This document shows, one piece after another, positions 46,844 to 57,363 of a stretch of DNA of 64,000 nucleotides. The notes beneath the pieces were generated by a model. The model searched no databases. It saw nothing but the letters and a program-made list of their open reading frames with translations, and was not told where the DNA came from. Source of the stretch: Diplonema japonicum. Taxonomy: Eukaryota > Protista > Euglenozoa: Diplonemea. The position numbers were made by a program, and so were the translations under genes. The stretch covers positions 186,001-250,000 of the forward strand of contig OZ025677.1 in assembly GCA_964019335.1 (NCBI GenBank), in the 5' to 3' direction. Positions within the stretch are counted from its first letter, which is position 1. The number at the start of each line of letters is the position of its first letter.

Positions 46844-48982
46844 TCACGACGTGTGACAGGCTTTGAAGCGGTGGCATTCCTCAAGAGCCGCTTGTAAGAG
46901 AAGGGCGTCGTCCTGGTATGTTTCGCCAACGAGGAGGAGCGCCTTGTACATGCCAAGGATGGAGACGATAGGGATGAAGGCCTTGCAGTCAGAGACGAAG
47001 ACATCAATGTCAGCAGTCTCAATGGGCTCTTGAGGGGACTTGGAGGAGAAGTAGGCAGTTACAGCAGCACGAAGGAGAATGTCGGCCTCAGACTCAGCGC
47101 ATACCAGCATGAGACGGGTGTACACCCTGGCAAAGTCGCACACCACAAGGTCCGGCCCACAGAAGCCAGGGCTGAGCAGAGCTGCCTCCGTGTCATCCAT
47201 CTTCACAAGCACCTTTTCAAAAGTGAGATCGCAGTGTCCAAGCACCACCTGTGTGCTATGCTTGGACTTGACTTCCCTTAGCACCACCTTCTTTGCCGTC
47301 TCCACGTCCTTCCCTTCTAGCACCTCCACCACCTCTCGCCACCCTGCCGTCTCCACCACTCGTGCTCCCTTCATGAGGCACTTCCGCCGCCACGTCTCAA
47401 GCAACATAAAGCATTCGGGCACACCGCCCATCCCCTCGAAGTGGTGGTTCCTTGCCCCCTCCTGGAACCCCTCGTTCTCGATCACGCTGTGGAACTTGTA
47501 CAAAGCACGACCCAGCGCACTGAAAGCTTTTTCTCTATCACCCGTGGAACCAAGCAACTCAGCAAGTGTCCTACTGTCAGACAGACATGTACTGAAGCAG
47601 CCGAGGTGGTTCCCCCGCCCGAAGTACCCTGCCTCGACAGTGTGGAGCAGCGGCGTTACGCCAGCAGCATCGAGAGCCTTCGAAATGTTATGCAGGAAGC
47701 TCTTCTCGTCGTGGATACGGCGCTCAGGCTGGTGGGGGTCGTAGAAGGTGGCGAGGACGGTGTCTGTGCCGTGTGAGATCTTCACAGCAGGCGTGCCATA
47801 GAGGCAGGCAACGTCAAGGGTGGCAGGAGCCACGTCGCGCCACTGCGGGAGGTTGTCCACGCAGTACTGGCGGAGCACGTCGGGCTGCCGCAGCTGCGCA
47901 ACATCAGCACTCACCGCATGCTTCTCACCCTGCGCAAGGAAGAGCTTGTTTATGTGGTACAGGAAGCGGTCGACACCCTTGTACCCTGGCAGCACGTTGA
48001 TGTCGACGATATAGTGCTCCTTCGTGTTCTTGTCCACGAGCACGTCGAAGCCGAACAGGTCGATGCCCCACTCGCTCTGGATCGCCTCCCGCACGTAGCT
48101 CACCGTCTCGAACTCTAGAAGGTCACCCGACTCCTGCATCGCGTGGTCATAAAGGGTTTTGCAATCCACCTTCCCAATCCGGTTGGTGATGATATTGCTG
48201 CAGAAGGTAATGTACGCGCTGCACTCTTCAGTTGTGGTGTACTCGGTGCAAGTCCCTTGGATCTCATGTGCGGTCTTCTGCAGGGAAGCCAGCGACGGAT
48301 CGAAGTCTGGAAGGGATGGGCGGCACCCGACGAAGATGTGCTTCCCCACAACATAGATCTTGTACACGGTCCCCGAGTGCGGGACATACTGCTCGAGGGA
48401 AAAATGTGTCCCCTCTGAGGCCTTCATAAAACTGTACAAACCGTCTTTGTTGAAAACGACACCCATTTGTTTGATGGCTGTTGACTTGGGCTTTACAACG
48501 ATGGGGAACGGAGGGAGGGCGTGGTCCGGGATCGCCTCTCCTTTTACACACGACAACCACTTCGGGAAATCGCAAGCGCAACCATGTGCGTTGGCCTTCA
48601 CCACCACAGAGGTCACTCTTTTCAGAAACCCGACCATGCTGTACCTGTCTACAAGGACCTTTTCGCATTCCAAGGGCATCATGTTGATCCGCTTGAACGT
48701 CTCACCATAATCACTTTCGAGCAATGCGTTGTAGTTGTCGATACATTTCTTAGATTCCTCGTCTGCGCTCCCGAGTGCCTTGTGCATCTTGCTGAGTATC
48801 ACATCTGGCTTGACTTCCAGCCGTGCGATTTGTTTGTGCAGGTCCTCCTTGGCGTTCAGGGTGACAATCTCCACACGGTCTGCCAGATCATCTTTTGTCA
48901 TGTTCAATAACTTCCCATTTCTATCCACTGCAAAGCAGGTCGCAACCTGCAGTTTCCGGTTCCGCCCAAGCTGGACACTCAT
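46844..48982 (-). CDS. ITPK1: Inositol-tetrakisphosphate 1-kinase (ATP-grasp) fused to choline/ethanolamine-kinase-like domain
   Basis: ATG at 48982. ITPK1 motifs FPIVVKP, EQYVPHSGTVYKIYVVG, RPSLPD, LFGFDV, IVDINVLPGY. C-terminal LYKFH...VVLGHCDL. Confidence 0.82.
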   Translation of the reverse strand: MSVQLGRNRKLQVATCFAVDRNGKLLNMTKDDLADRVEIVTLNAKEDLHKQIARLEVKPDVILSKMHKALGSADEESKKCIDNYNALLESDYGETFKRINMMPLECEKVLVDRYSMVGFLKRVTSVVVKANAHGCACDFPKWLSCVKGEAIPDHALPPFPIVVKPKSTAIKQMGVVFNKDGLYSFMKASEGTHFSLEQYVPHSGTVYKIYVVGKHIFVGCRPSLPDFDPSLASLQKTAHEIQGTCTEYTTTEECSAYITFCSNIITNRIGKVDCKTLYDHAMQESGDLLEFETVSYVREAIQSEWGIDLFGFDVLVDKNTKEHYIVDINVLPGYKGVDRFLYHINKLFLAQGEKHAVSADVAQLRQPDVLRQYCVDNLPQWRDVAPATLDVACLYGTPAVKISHGTDTVLATFYDPHQPERRIHDEKSFLHNISKALDAAGVTPLLHTVEAGYFGRGNHLGCFSTCLSDSRTLAELLGSTGDREKAFSALGRALYKFHSVIENEGFQEGARNHHFEGMGGVPECFMLLETWRRKCLMKGARVVETAGWREVVEVLEGKDVETAKKVVLREVKSKHSTQVVLGHCDLTFEKVLVKMDDTEAALLSPGFCGPDLVVCDFARVYTRLMLVCAESEADILLRAAVTAYFSSKSPQEPIETADIDVFVSDCKAFIPIVSILGMYKALLLVGETYQDDALLLQAALEECHRFKACHTS

Positions 48983-49784
48983 TTTCTTTTTTTTTCCCTG
49001 CTCTTTCTTTTTTCTTTTTGTGGCAATTAGTTTGTTTTGTAAAGTAAGAGAAAGAAAGAAATAAGAAAGGCCGCAAAACGGGGGGGGGGGGGCTTTTTTT
49101 GAGGGTCGCCGGCTATTCTGATGTGTTGCCGAGAGGACAAAAAAAAAAAAGAAAACAACTGTGTGAATAGCCGCTGTGTCTTGTTCCTTGCGAAACTCTC
49201 CAAAAAAAAGATAAAAAGAAAAAAAGAAGAAAAACCACTCTGGGCCGTTCGTTTCATGCACACTAGCACTAGCATCGCCCCCCCCCCCCCCCCCCCCTTT
49301 TTTTTTCCTTCTTCTTCCTTTACCATAACGAAAAAGCACTGACAAATTGAATTTGTTACCACAAAGGAACAACACGATTTTGATCCTATGGGGAGGGGGA
49401 GAGAAGAGAAGGAAATGGAGCGTAGATGGAAGGAAAGGGAGAAAAGAAGTTTTAGCCCTGTGAGGTTGGCAAATTTGGAAATACAAGCTGGTAACGACTT
49501 TTCCCTATATTCTTTTCTCCGAACGCCCCTATGGAGCGCTTGGAACAAGGGGTGACCACCAAGGAAAGAAATCAGAAGAAACCACAAGGTCTCAAGAGGC
49601 CACACGGAATTCCTTTTTGCTTTTTTTTTTTTTTTGTTCAGGCAGAACCAAAAAATCGAATAAGAGTAAACTCATCATGAAAGAAATTCACTATGAGAAA
49701 AAAAAAAGGGGAGAAAAAAAAAATCAGGTAGTTAACCTAAGGTACTACCTGATTTTACTACGTAAGTAAAGGCAGGACAAAGAT

Positions 49785-50897
49785 CTACAACAGGTCACGC
49801 GTGATGTCTTTGACACCATTCTCATAATTGTAAAGCGGGATGGTAAAGGCATTCTTCCAGTCCGTCTTTTTCAAATCGATTTTCCTCCACTGCATGTTGT
49901 TATATGTGCGCAGGTAATACTGCTGCTGCCCAGGGATTTTAAGGCTGGCAAACTGTGTGAAGTCCCATGTGCCATCATTCCCAGGGCCGCCTTTGTGAGC
50001 CACAACACCTTTTGGGATGTGCACCGAGTTGAGGAGACCTGTTGCAAGGTCAACACCTTCGCCTATATTGGAGGGGGGTGTGTTGCGTTCCGCAAACTGC
50101 TTCAAGTAAAACGCCCTTGTGAACCTTCCAGGGGGAGAGAAGTCCCCAGGCAGCCCGACAAGGTTGAGCCCATGACTGATCTGGTTTGGGATAGCCCCAA
50201 ACTCGGGGGTCTGGACCTGGATGTGTGCAGGGTTTGACCACTTGGTGTCTAGCATGACACCCTGGTTCAGGTTGAGAATCTGCCATTCGAAAGGCGGGTC
50301 ATTGGTCATAACCTTGACAGTGTTGTTGTGGATGCGCAGCTCTCCCTTCAAGTACTCGATCACAATGTTGTTCTTGAACTTATCAGAAACGCTCCAATGC
50401 TGGAAGCCGTGGGATGAGAACCCAGGCAGTGCAACGACGTTGGTGGAGTTGAGTGTGTTGAGGACACACGGGACGTCGCTGCAGGTCGACAGCAGCCACG
50501 TTGTCATGTCCTGCCAGCAGACAGCAGGCTTTCCCGCTGCAGGGACTTGGTACTGTGTCATCCTCAACGTCTGCTCACCGATGGACAGGCCCTCCATGTT
50601 CATTCCGTCTGTCACTCTGTAATCGCTTGTCTCATACCCCACACCTACATAGCTGTACTTCCCTACCCATCCTGCTACGGCTTGCCCCTTGCACGAGTCG
50701 CTCTCAGAAGGTTTGAACTCCCTACCGGCCGGAACCTTAACGATATCCCACGGCATCGGTGCGTCTACCTCAGCGGGTTGCACCCCACCCAACTCCATGC
50801 TGCGCCCCAGCACATCGCCCTCAGGCGTCCCAAGGATGAAATGTGTACATCCGTGTGCCATGGAGGCAATGGTGGCAAGCACCATGCTGCGTGACAT
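49785..50897 (-). CDS. Choloylglycine hydrolase / penicillin V acylase family Ntn-hydrolase with signal peptide
   Basis: Nucleophile Cys in CT immediately after the signal peptide, GRSMEL, DGMNMEGL, VMTNDPPFEWQILNL, GLPGDFSPPGRF. Confidence 0.92.
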   Translation of the reverse strand: MSRSMVLATIASMAHGCTHFILGTPEGDVLGRSMELGGVQPAEVDAPMPWDIVKVPAGREFKPSESDSCKGQAVAGWVGKYSYVGVGYETSDYRVTDGMNMEGLSIGEQTLRMTQYQVPAAGKPAVCWQDMTTWLLSTCSDVPCVLNTLNSTNVVALPGFSSHGFQHWSVSDKFKNNIVIEYLKGELRIHNNTVKVMTNDPPFEWQILNLNQGVMLDTKWSNPAHIQVQTPEFGAIPNQISHGLNLVGLPGDFSPPGRFTRAFYLKQFAERNTPPSNIGEGVDLATGLLNSVHIPKGVVAHKGGPGNDGTWDFTQFASLKIPGQQQYYLRTYNNMQWRKIDLKKTDWKNAFTIPLYNYENGVKDITRDLL

Positions 50898-51713
50898 TTT
50901 ATGTGGTTTCCCCCCCTTTTTTCTCTTCTTTCGTTTTTTTTTTTGAATGAAGGGGGAAGGATGATGACTATACAGGGTTTACTCTGGTTTTACCAAACGG
51001 GGCCCCAAAAATTAGAACACAGTGACAGGGTGCCACAGTTGGTCAAAGAATCAGCAGCCTACAGAATACCTGTTAGGACAACAAACAGCAGCCACCTACA
51101 GAACACCTGTAAGGAGAGGAGGCAGGGGACAGAACAGAAAAAGACGGTAAGGAGGAAGGGGCCTGGACAGGGTTGCAGAGAAAACAGTGACGAAGATAAA
51201 AAAAAAAAAAAAAAAAGATTTATGCAGGTCATCTGATGAGATAAGAAAAAAAGAACGTTTTTTTTTTTTTTTTGAATGGAGGGTGATGTCTGAACTCCTC
51301 AGACTGAGAGAAACGCCTGGAGCAGGCTAGACTGGATGACTGCCAACATCTTGTAGAAATCCTGTCGAATCCTACAGCAATCCTAATCTTCCCTCTTGTG
51401 GACCATCCCAACACCTGCAGCACCCCTTGCTCCTCAGCAGCAGCAGAGTGCACTCCCTCATGGCTTCTACTGCCTTGCTACAGGTATTGACAGGGGAGAC
51501 CTTATCACTTCAATTGAAGTGATGATCACACAGGACCAGCAGTAGAAGTAATAGAATAGTAAGAAAAAAAAAAGGGAAAAAAAAAAAAAGAAAAAAGAAG
51601 GGGAAAAAAAAAAGAGACATTTAAGGGTATGTCTGCAGTATGTGGCAGGACGCCTGAAAAAACAGAAAGGGAAACAAAACAAAAAGAAAGGAAATAGTGT
51701 GAGAATTGATATA

Positions 51714-52738
51714 CTGTAAAACAAAAATCACTGGAAGAAAAATGTCTGGAAGCTCTGGTGGTCTGGATATTTTTTCTTCCAGATATTTTTTTCCTGGGAC
51801 CCCCTTTTTTTTTAAAGGGCTGGACCTGAAAACAGATGAAACTAGTGTCTGTAGCAAGAGAGAATCAAACAAAAATCAGAGAATTGAATTACAGACTTTT
51901 CCAGATCCTGATTGTTTGCTTCTACCACAAGCTTGTTGAACCAAACCACTTCTTGCTTTAGGGTTGTTCTTATACTTTGCAGGTTTGCATCATGGAGCCA
52001 ATGTCCAGTATATCAGACTGGAAGTACCACTTTGGTAGCTCCAAGGTCGATCCCCCTGCCACACCTGTTACTGCAGGTTGCAAGCCTCTTCTGAACAAGG
52101 AAGAAACAACAAAGCTCTTTGTTTGGATCCAGGTGCAGAACGGAAGGGGGGTGCCAGTAGCAGCGTTGGACATCTGCCTGTATGCAAAGGGCCAACCAGC
52201 TGTGCTCCAAGCATGGGAGGTTCACAGGGATCAGGCTGGTTGACCTGGAACATGGACCAGCTTTTTTTTTTTTTAAAATAAACCTCTTTTTTTTTAGGCT
52301 GGCCAGACCATTCTCTCTTCTTTCTTTTTCCCTCCTCCCAGCCAGGGGGGTGTGTGGGGGTGGGTGGGGGAAAGGGAAAACAGAAATCAAAGAGTCAAAA
52401 AAAAGAAGAACACAAGCAAATCATAGCTTGCTAGTTTTTAACAGGTGCTTTCTCACCTTTTGGGGAGGGGGGGTGAGTACTCATACCACAAAATTGTGGG
52501 TCCTTTATCTACAAGTATTTGCCAAAAAATAGAAGTGGGTTTTTTACCTCTTCTCCTTTCCTTTTTTTTTTCTTTCCCCTTTTCCTCATAAAACACTGAT
52601 AAATGCAAATGATAGAGGGAGGTAGGTGGGAGGGAGATTTTTTTTTTTACACTTGTGAGGGGTTCCAATTAAAGGAGTGAGCTGCTGCTGCTGGGATGAA
52701 AAGGGGTCCCAAAGTTGTCAAGGTTAGGGATTTGGGAG
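51714..52738 (+). mobile_element. Second copy of the pogo-like element, CpG-eroded and interrupted by a poly(A)-tailed insert
   Basis: TA|CTGTAAAACAAAAATCACTGGAAG is the reverse complement of 21336 to about 20630. Homology stops at about 52261 and resumes at about 52683. Confidence 0.85.
52262..52682 (-). mobile_element. ~420-bp poly(A)-tailed SINE-like retroposed element, copy 1
   Basis: Near-identical to 55997-56415 in opposite orientation. Poly(T) on plus at 52262-52274. Splits the pogo copy. Confidence 0.7.
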
Positions 52739-55700
52739 GTTAAAACCCAACTCATAGCCTTCACGTGGCACCTCCTGTAAGTAAGCTTTGGCTGAAACTA
52801 ATGTGAGCTATGGTAAACAAAAACAAAAAATACACAAGGGTGAGAGGGTAGGTTTTAAATGATGAGAAGAGTTAACAGAAGGAAGCCAAAGAGAGCAGTA
52901 GTGAAAAAGTGAATTGACAAGGGGGGAAAGAGGGAGGAGAAGCAGATGAAAGGGAAAAGAAACATGCAAGGTCAGCACCCTCCTCTACACAAGGAGGCTC
53001 ATGGTTCCTGTGGTTGATCAACATGTGGTGCTGAACATCATCCATGGGCAGCTGAGGAGGTTGGATGTGAAGAGGGCAGGTGTAGACAGGGGTTTTGCAG
53101 TGGCAAATGAGCTGGCCAGGAGCTTCAGGGACCAGAACCTCCCCCCATCATACCTGGTAAGGATCCAAGCAGCAGATAAGACACTGGAGGCAACCTGCAA
53201 GGCAGAGAAAGGTCAGAGGAGCAGTGGACGTGTATGACACAGCAACAGCAACAGCAACAACAGCAATCACAGCAGCAGCAACAGTACAAGGCAAGGGGGT
53301 CAGGACCCTTGGGTTTTCAGGCGTGTGGGGCCAAAGGTGGTTGGTAGTGAGCTGTGGGCAGTGTTGTTACAGGAAAAAACCCGGGGGGGCTGGGGGGTGG
53401 GGGGCAAAAAAAATTTTTTTTTCTAGGGACCCTCACTCATTTAGCACCCTCAAAACAGACTTTTTTGGAAATTTTTGGCCAAAAAAAAAATTTTTTTTCC
53501 CAGGGGACCCCAAACTTGGGGTCACTTTGGCCATTTTTGACCCTAAATTTTTTTTTCTGGAAAAAGCCAGAAATCATGAAATTTATATTTAAAACACCTT
53601 AAAAACCCATTTCTGCAAACCAAAAAGTTCAGAAAGGTGTTTAGGTGGAATACATCTCTAAACTATATTCTGAAGTAAAAAGTAAGTAAAAATCCAAAAA
53701 CTTCAGGGGGGTAACTCATTCTCATAACAACACTGGGAGGGTAAAAAAAAAATTTTTTTTTTTTTTTGAACACCCAATTTAGTCCTGAAAATGGAATTCT
53801 GAACAGCCAATGGAAAGTTTTAACCCCACTTGGACTGAAATTTTTTTTTCAAAAATCACTTTAGGAATTTTCCTTAGGGTCTAAATGGCCACCTGAAAAT
53901 CACAAAATCAAGCTTCATTTTAGAATGGTATTTTTGGAATTTTGGCCTAATTTTGGGTGATGATAAGCAAAATGCTCCTTGAAGTAGGTTTCCCAGCTGT
54001 GGTTACCTAATCGAATTTTTTTTTTCTTCAAGGAATCAACTTTCTTCTGAAAATTTAAGATTCATATCATTCTACCACCTTATAACTCACTTTTCAGGAA
54101 ACACACAATTTCACACATTTGAATTTATTCTTTAGTTTTTTTCTGAACCTATTTAATTTTTAAACCTAATAAAGAAAGTGTAAATCTCCTAATCAAGATT
54201 TTTTAGTACCAGTGTTGCCAAAATGGGTTGAAAATTAAAGTACCCAGCTGTGGTTACTTAATCAAAAAAGAATTTAATAGTCCATTTAACCGTATTCAAA
54301 CCTTTTACCCTTACTTGGTTTTTTTTTGGAATTTATTTCATTCAACCCCAATATTGCCAGCCATGCCCCCTTTCCACCCAAGGTAGGCTATCAGGTAGGG
54401 TTTTGCTGGTGCTATTGGGGTGTCTTATTGGGTTAGGTTATTTTTTAAAACAACCTGCCAATAAAGTACAGTAAAAACAGGGGGGGGGGGGGGGGGGGGG
54501 GGGGAATACAAAGAATGAGAAAGGTAAGTTATAAGGAAAGAAAAATGACAGATGGACCATTACTAGGCCAAGTACAGACTTTGTGAAAAAAATCTTATTT
54601 TCTGAGGTAAAATATCACTTTTCAGGTGTTTTTGACAATTTTTTTTGTGAGGAAAAAAATTCTTTAGGCACTTTTTTTTTGACCCATGACCATCTCACTT
54701 TCACTATTAGCCTCATTGAGGTCTAAAATAGGTATTTTTGAGGGAAAAAAAAATTTTTTTTGAGAAAAAATCAATCTAAGGGTGTTTTTGGCCACTTTTT
54801 TTGGGAGGAAAAACAATTTTTTTGGACACTATTTTTTTTTTTTTTCCAGCACCCCATGCACCCAATAAAGTACAGTAAAAAAAAGGGGGGTAAATACAAA
54901 GAATGAGAAGGGTAAGTCATAAAGGAGAGAAAACCAACAGATAGATCAAGCCATTTGCACCTATCTACTCTGGTGCACTGCAGCTGCAGGTATGTACAAA
55001 TGTCCAGAAATGTTGTATTTGGATGTAATACAACCCGGCTGTGGTGATCGATGTGGAATACAGAAGAAGCTACAACCCGGCCACAGTGAGAGATATATGA
55101 GTTAAAGGACCTGCACAAGACTACTTGATTACAGGGGGCACCACAGCCGAGTTGTAGCTTCTTCTGTGTTCCATGTCGTGTCCTTAATGTGTGTGGTGTT
55201 CAGCTCAACCCCAGCTGGGGCGTCCTGGGTAACTAAGATTCTGCTTGTGCAGGATTGGGTTGTTCCATTCCCTTCCGCCAAACTGAAAGTCGGAACTTGG
55301 CAGAATGGCAGAACCAGAACTTGGCAGAACAGGGAATTCCTTACCTTTTTTTTTGTTTTAACAATATTATTGTCGAGACTAAAAACTAGTTGATGGCAGC
55401 ATAATGAGCTATTTTATTAGGTAAAATTCTGCTTGTGCACACAAACAAATGGAGTGTCAAACTAGTTTCCCCCCCCCCTTTTTTTTCCTCTTTGCATCAT
55501 CAAGGTTGAAAGTGGTGACTATATCACCACAACACTGACAGCACAATATTCCGTGTTGTGTCCTTAATGTGTGCAGTGTGCAGCTCAACACCAGCCATGG
55601 CCCTGGTAACTAAGATTCTGGCCCTAAGTAGTTTACTCACCCTGAGCATCTGCAATTTGTTCTTCCACTCAGGGTGCTACAGGTGATGACCGGCCAAGTG

Positions 55701-55996
55701 CCTGCACAAGAACTGTTAACTTGATACAGGGGGGCACTGCAGCTGAGTTGTAGCTTCTTCTGTGTTCTGTGTTGTGTTCTTAATGTGTGCAGGTTTGAGC
55801 AGGAAACACAATGTGGGGGGAAAGAGGGAGGAGAAGCAGACAAAAGGGAAAAGAAACATGCAAGAGTGACACAGGGGTAGGGAACAAGCCCTCCAAGCCA
55901 ATCCCAAAGCTTGAATACATAACCCTACACTGCAGATCCAAGCTTGAGTACCACCCAACATCAACACTTAGGCACTGCCAAGGCAGACCAGGTGTT

Positions 55997-56415
55997 GCTC
56001 ACTCCTTTAATTGGAACCCCTCACAAGTGTAAAAAACATCTCCCTCCCACCTACCTCCCTCTATCATTTGCGTTTATCAGTGTTTTATGAGGAAAAGGGG
56101 AAAGAAAAAAAAAAGGAAAGGAGAAGAGGTAAAAAACCCACTTCTATTTTTTGGCAAATACTTGTAGATAAAGGACCCACAATTTTGTGGTATGAGTACT
56201 CGCCCCCCCTCCCCAAAAGGTGAGAAAGCACCTGTTAAAAACTAGCAAGCTATGATTTGCTTGTGTTCTTCTTTTTTTTGACTCTTTGATTTCTGTTTTC
56301 CCTTTCCCCCACCCACCCCCACACACCCCCCTGGCTGGGAGGAGGGAAAAAGAAAGAAGAGAGAATGGTCTGGCCAGCCTAAAAAAAAAGAGGTTTATTT
56401 AAAAAAAAAAAAAAA
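55997..56415 (+). mobile_element. ~420-bp poly(A)-tailed SINE-like element, copy 2
   Basis: Reverse complement of 52262-52682. Ends GGTTTATTT(A)15. Confidence 0.7.
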
Positions 56416-57363
56416 GTAGAACTGGTGGAACATGGCAGAACATGGTGGAACTGGTGGAACTGGCGGAACATGGTGGAACTGGTGGAACTGGCAGAACAGG
56501 GAATTCCTTACCTAATTTTTTTTTTCTTTCCCCCCTTTTTTCCTCTTTGCATCATCAAGGTTGAAAGTGGTGACTATATCACCACAACACTGACAGCACA
56601 ATATTTCCATGTCGTGTCCTTAATGTGTGCAGTGTGCAGCTCAACACCAGCCATGGCACCCCTGGTAACCAAGATTCTGGGTATGTATAATTTGCTGCCA
56701 ATTCATCACCCTGAGCATCTGCATTATGTTCTCCCACTTGGGCACTACTGATGATGACTGATGAGGAGGTCAACAGTGAACAACACATCTGATGTTTTTT
56801 CATGTTATCCCCACCACCTTTGGAATAATATATGAGTTAAAGGAGGCTGGTGTTGGCAGCACCCTGCACAAGAACTGTCTACTTGATTACAGGGGGTGCA
56901 CCACAGCCAGGTTGTAGCTTCTTCTGCATTCTGCACTTACCATACAGTGATCTGTCCAAAATCCCCTGTTCACGAGTACCCTTTTTTATGTTGTATTGTT
57001 TTAACATACCTGCGATGCCAAAGATACACAGGAGAAAATATGTTTGGCAGTTGCACCCTGCAGGCACCTTCTGAAGCAGTCCCAGGCGGCTTGGAGCTGG
57101 CAGCAAAGGCAAGGCAGCAGCAGCACCTGGTTGAGGCTGCACAGGGAGGCAAGGGAGATTGCCAAGATGATTGTGGATGAGAAGGGTGGGTCTGCTACAA
57201 CAAAGGCAGGTCTGGAAGGACGCCTCTCCAAGGCAATCTCAAGGCTGCAGGTGCTGGAGGGAGAGCACTCCCTCACCCTCAGGAGGGTTGAGCAGGCAGG
57301 AGCAGAGGCCCAGCAGGCACACACAGACCAAAAGCGTTCGACGTCCACGCTTGCATCAAGGGA

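Noticed and set aside
53001-53237. 78-aa ORF within the strand-switch repeat nest (also 8416-8598)
   Set aside because: No recognisable motif; probably a decayed mobile-element fragment.
52262-56415. 4-kb element with 420-bp terminal inverted repeats
   Set aside because: Each copy has its own poly(A) tail and copy 1 cleanly interrupts a pogo element, so these are two independent retroposed insertions.
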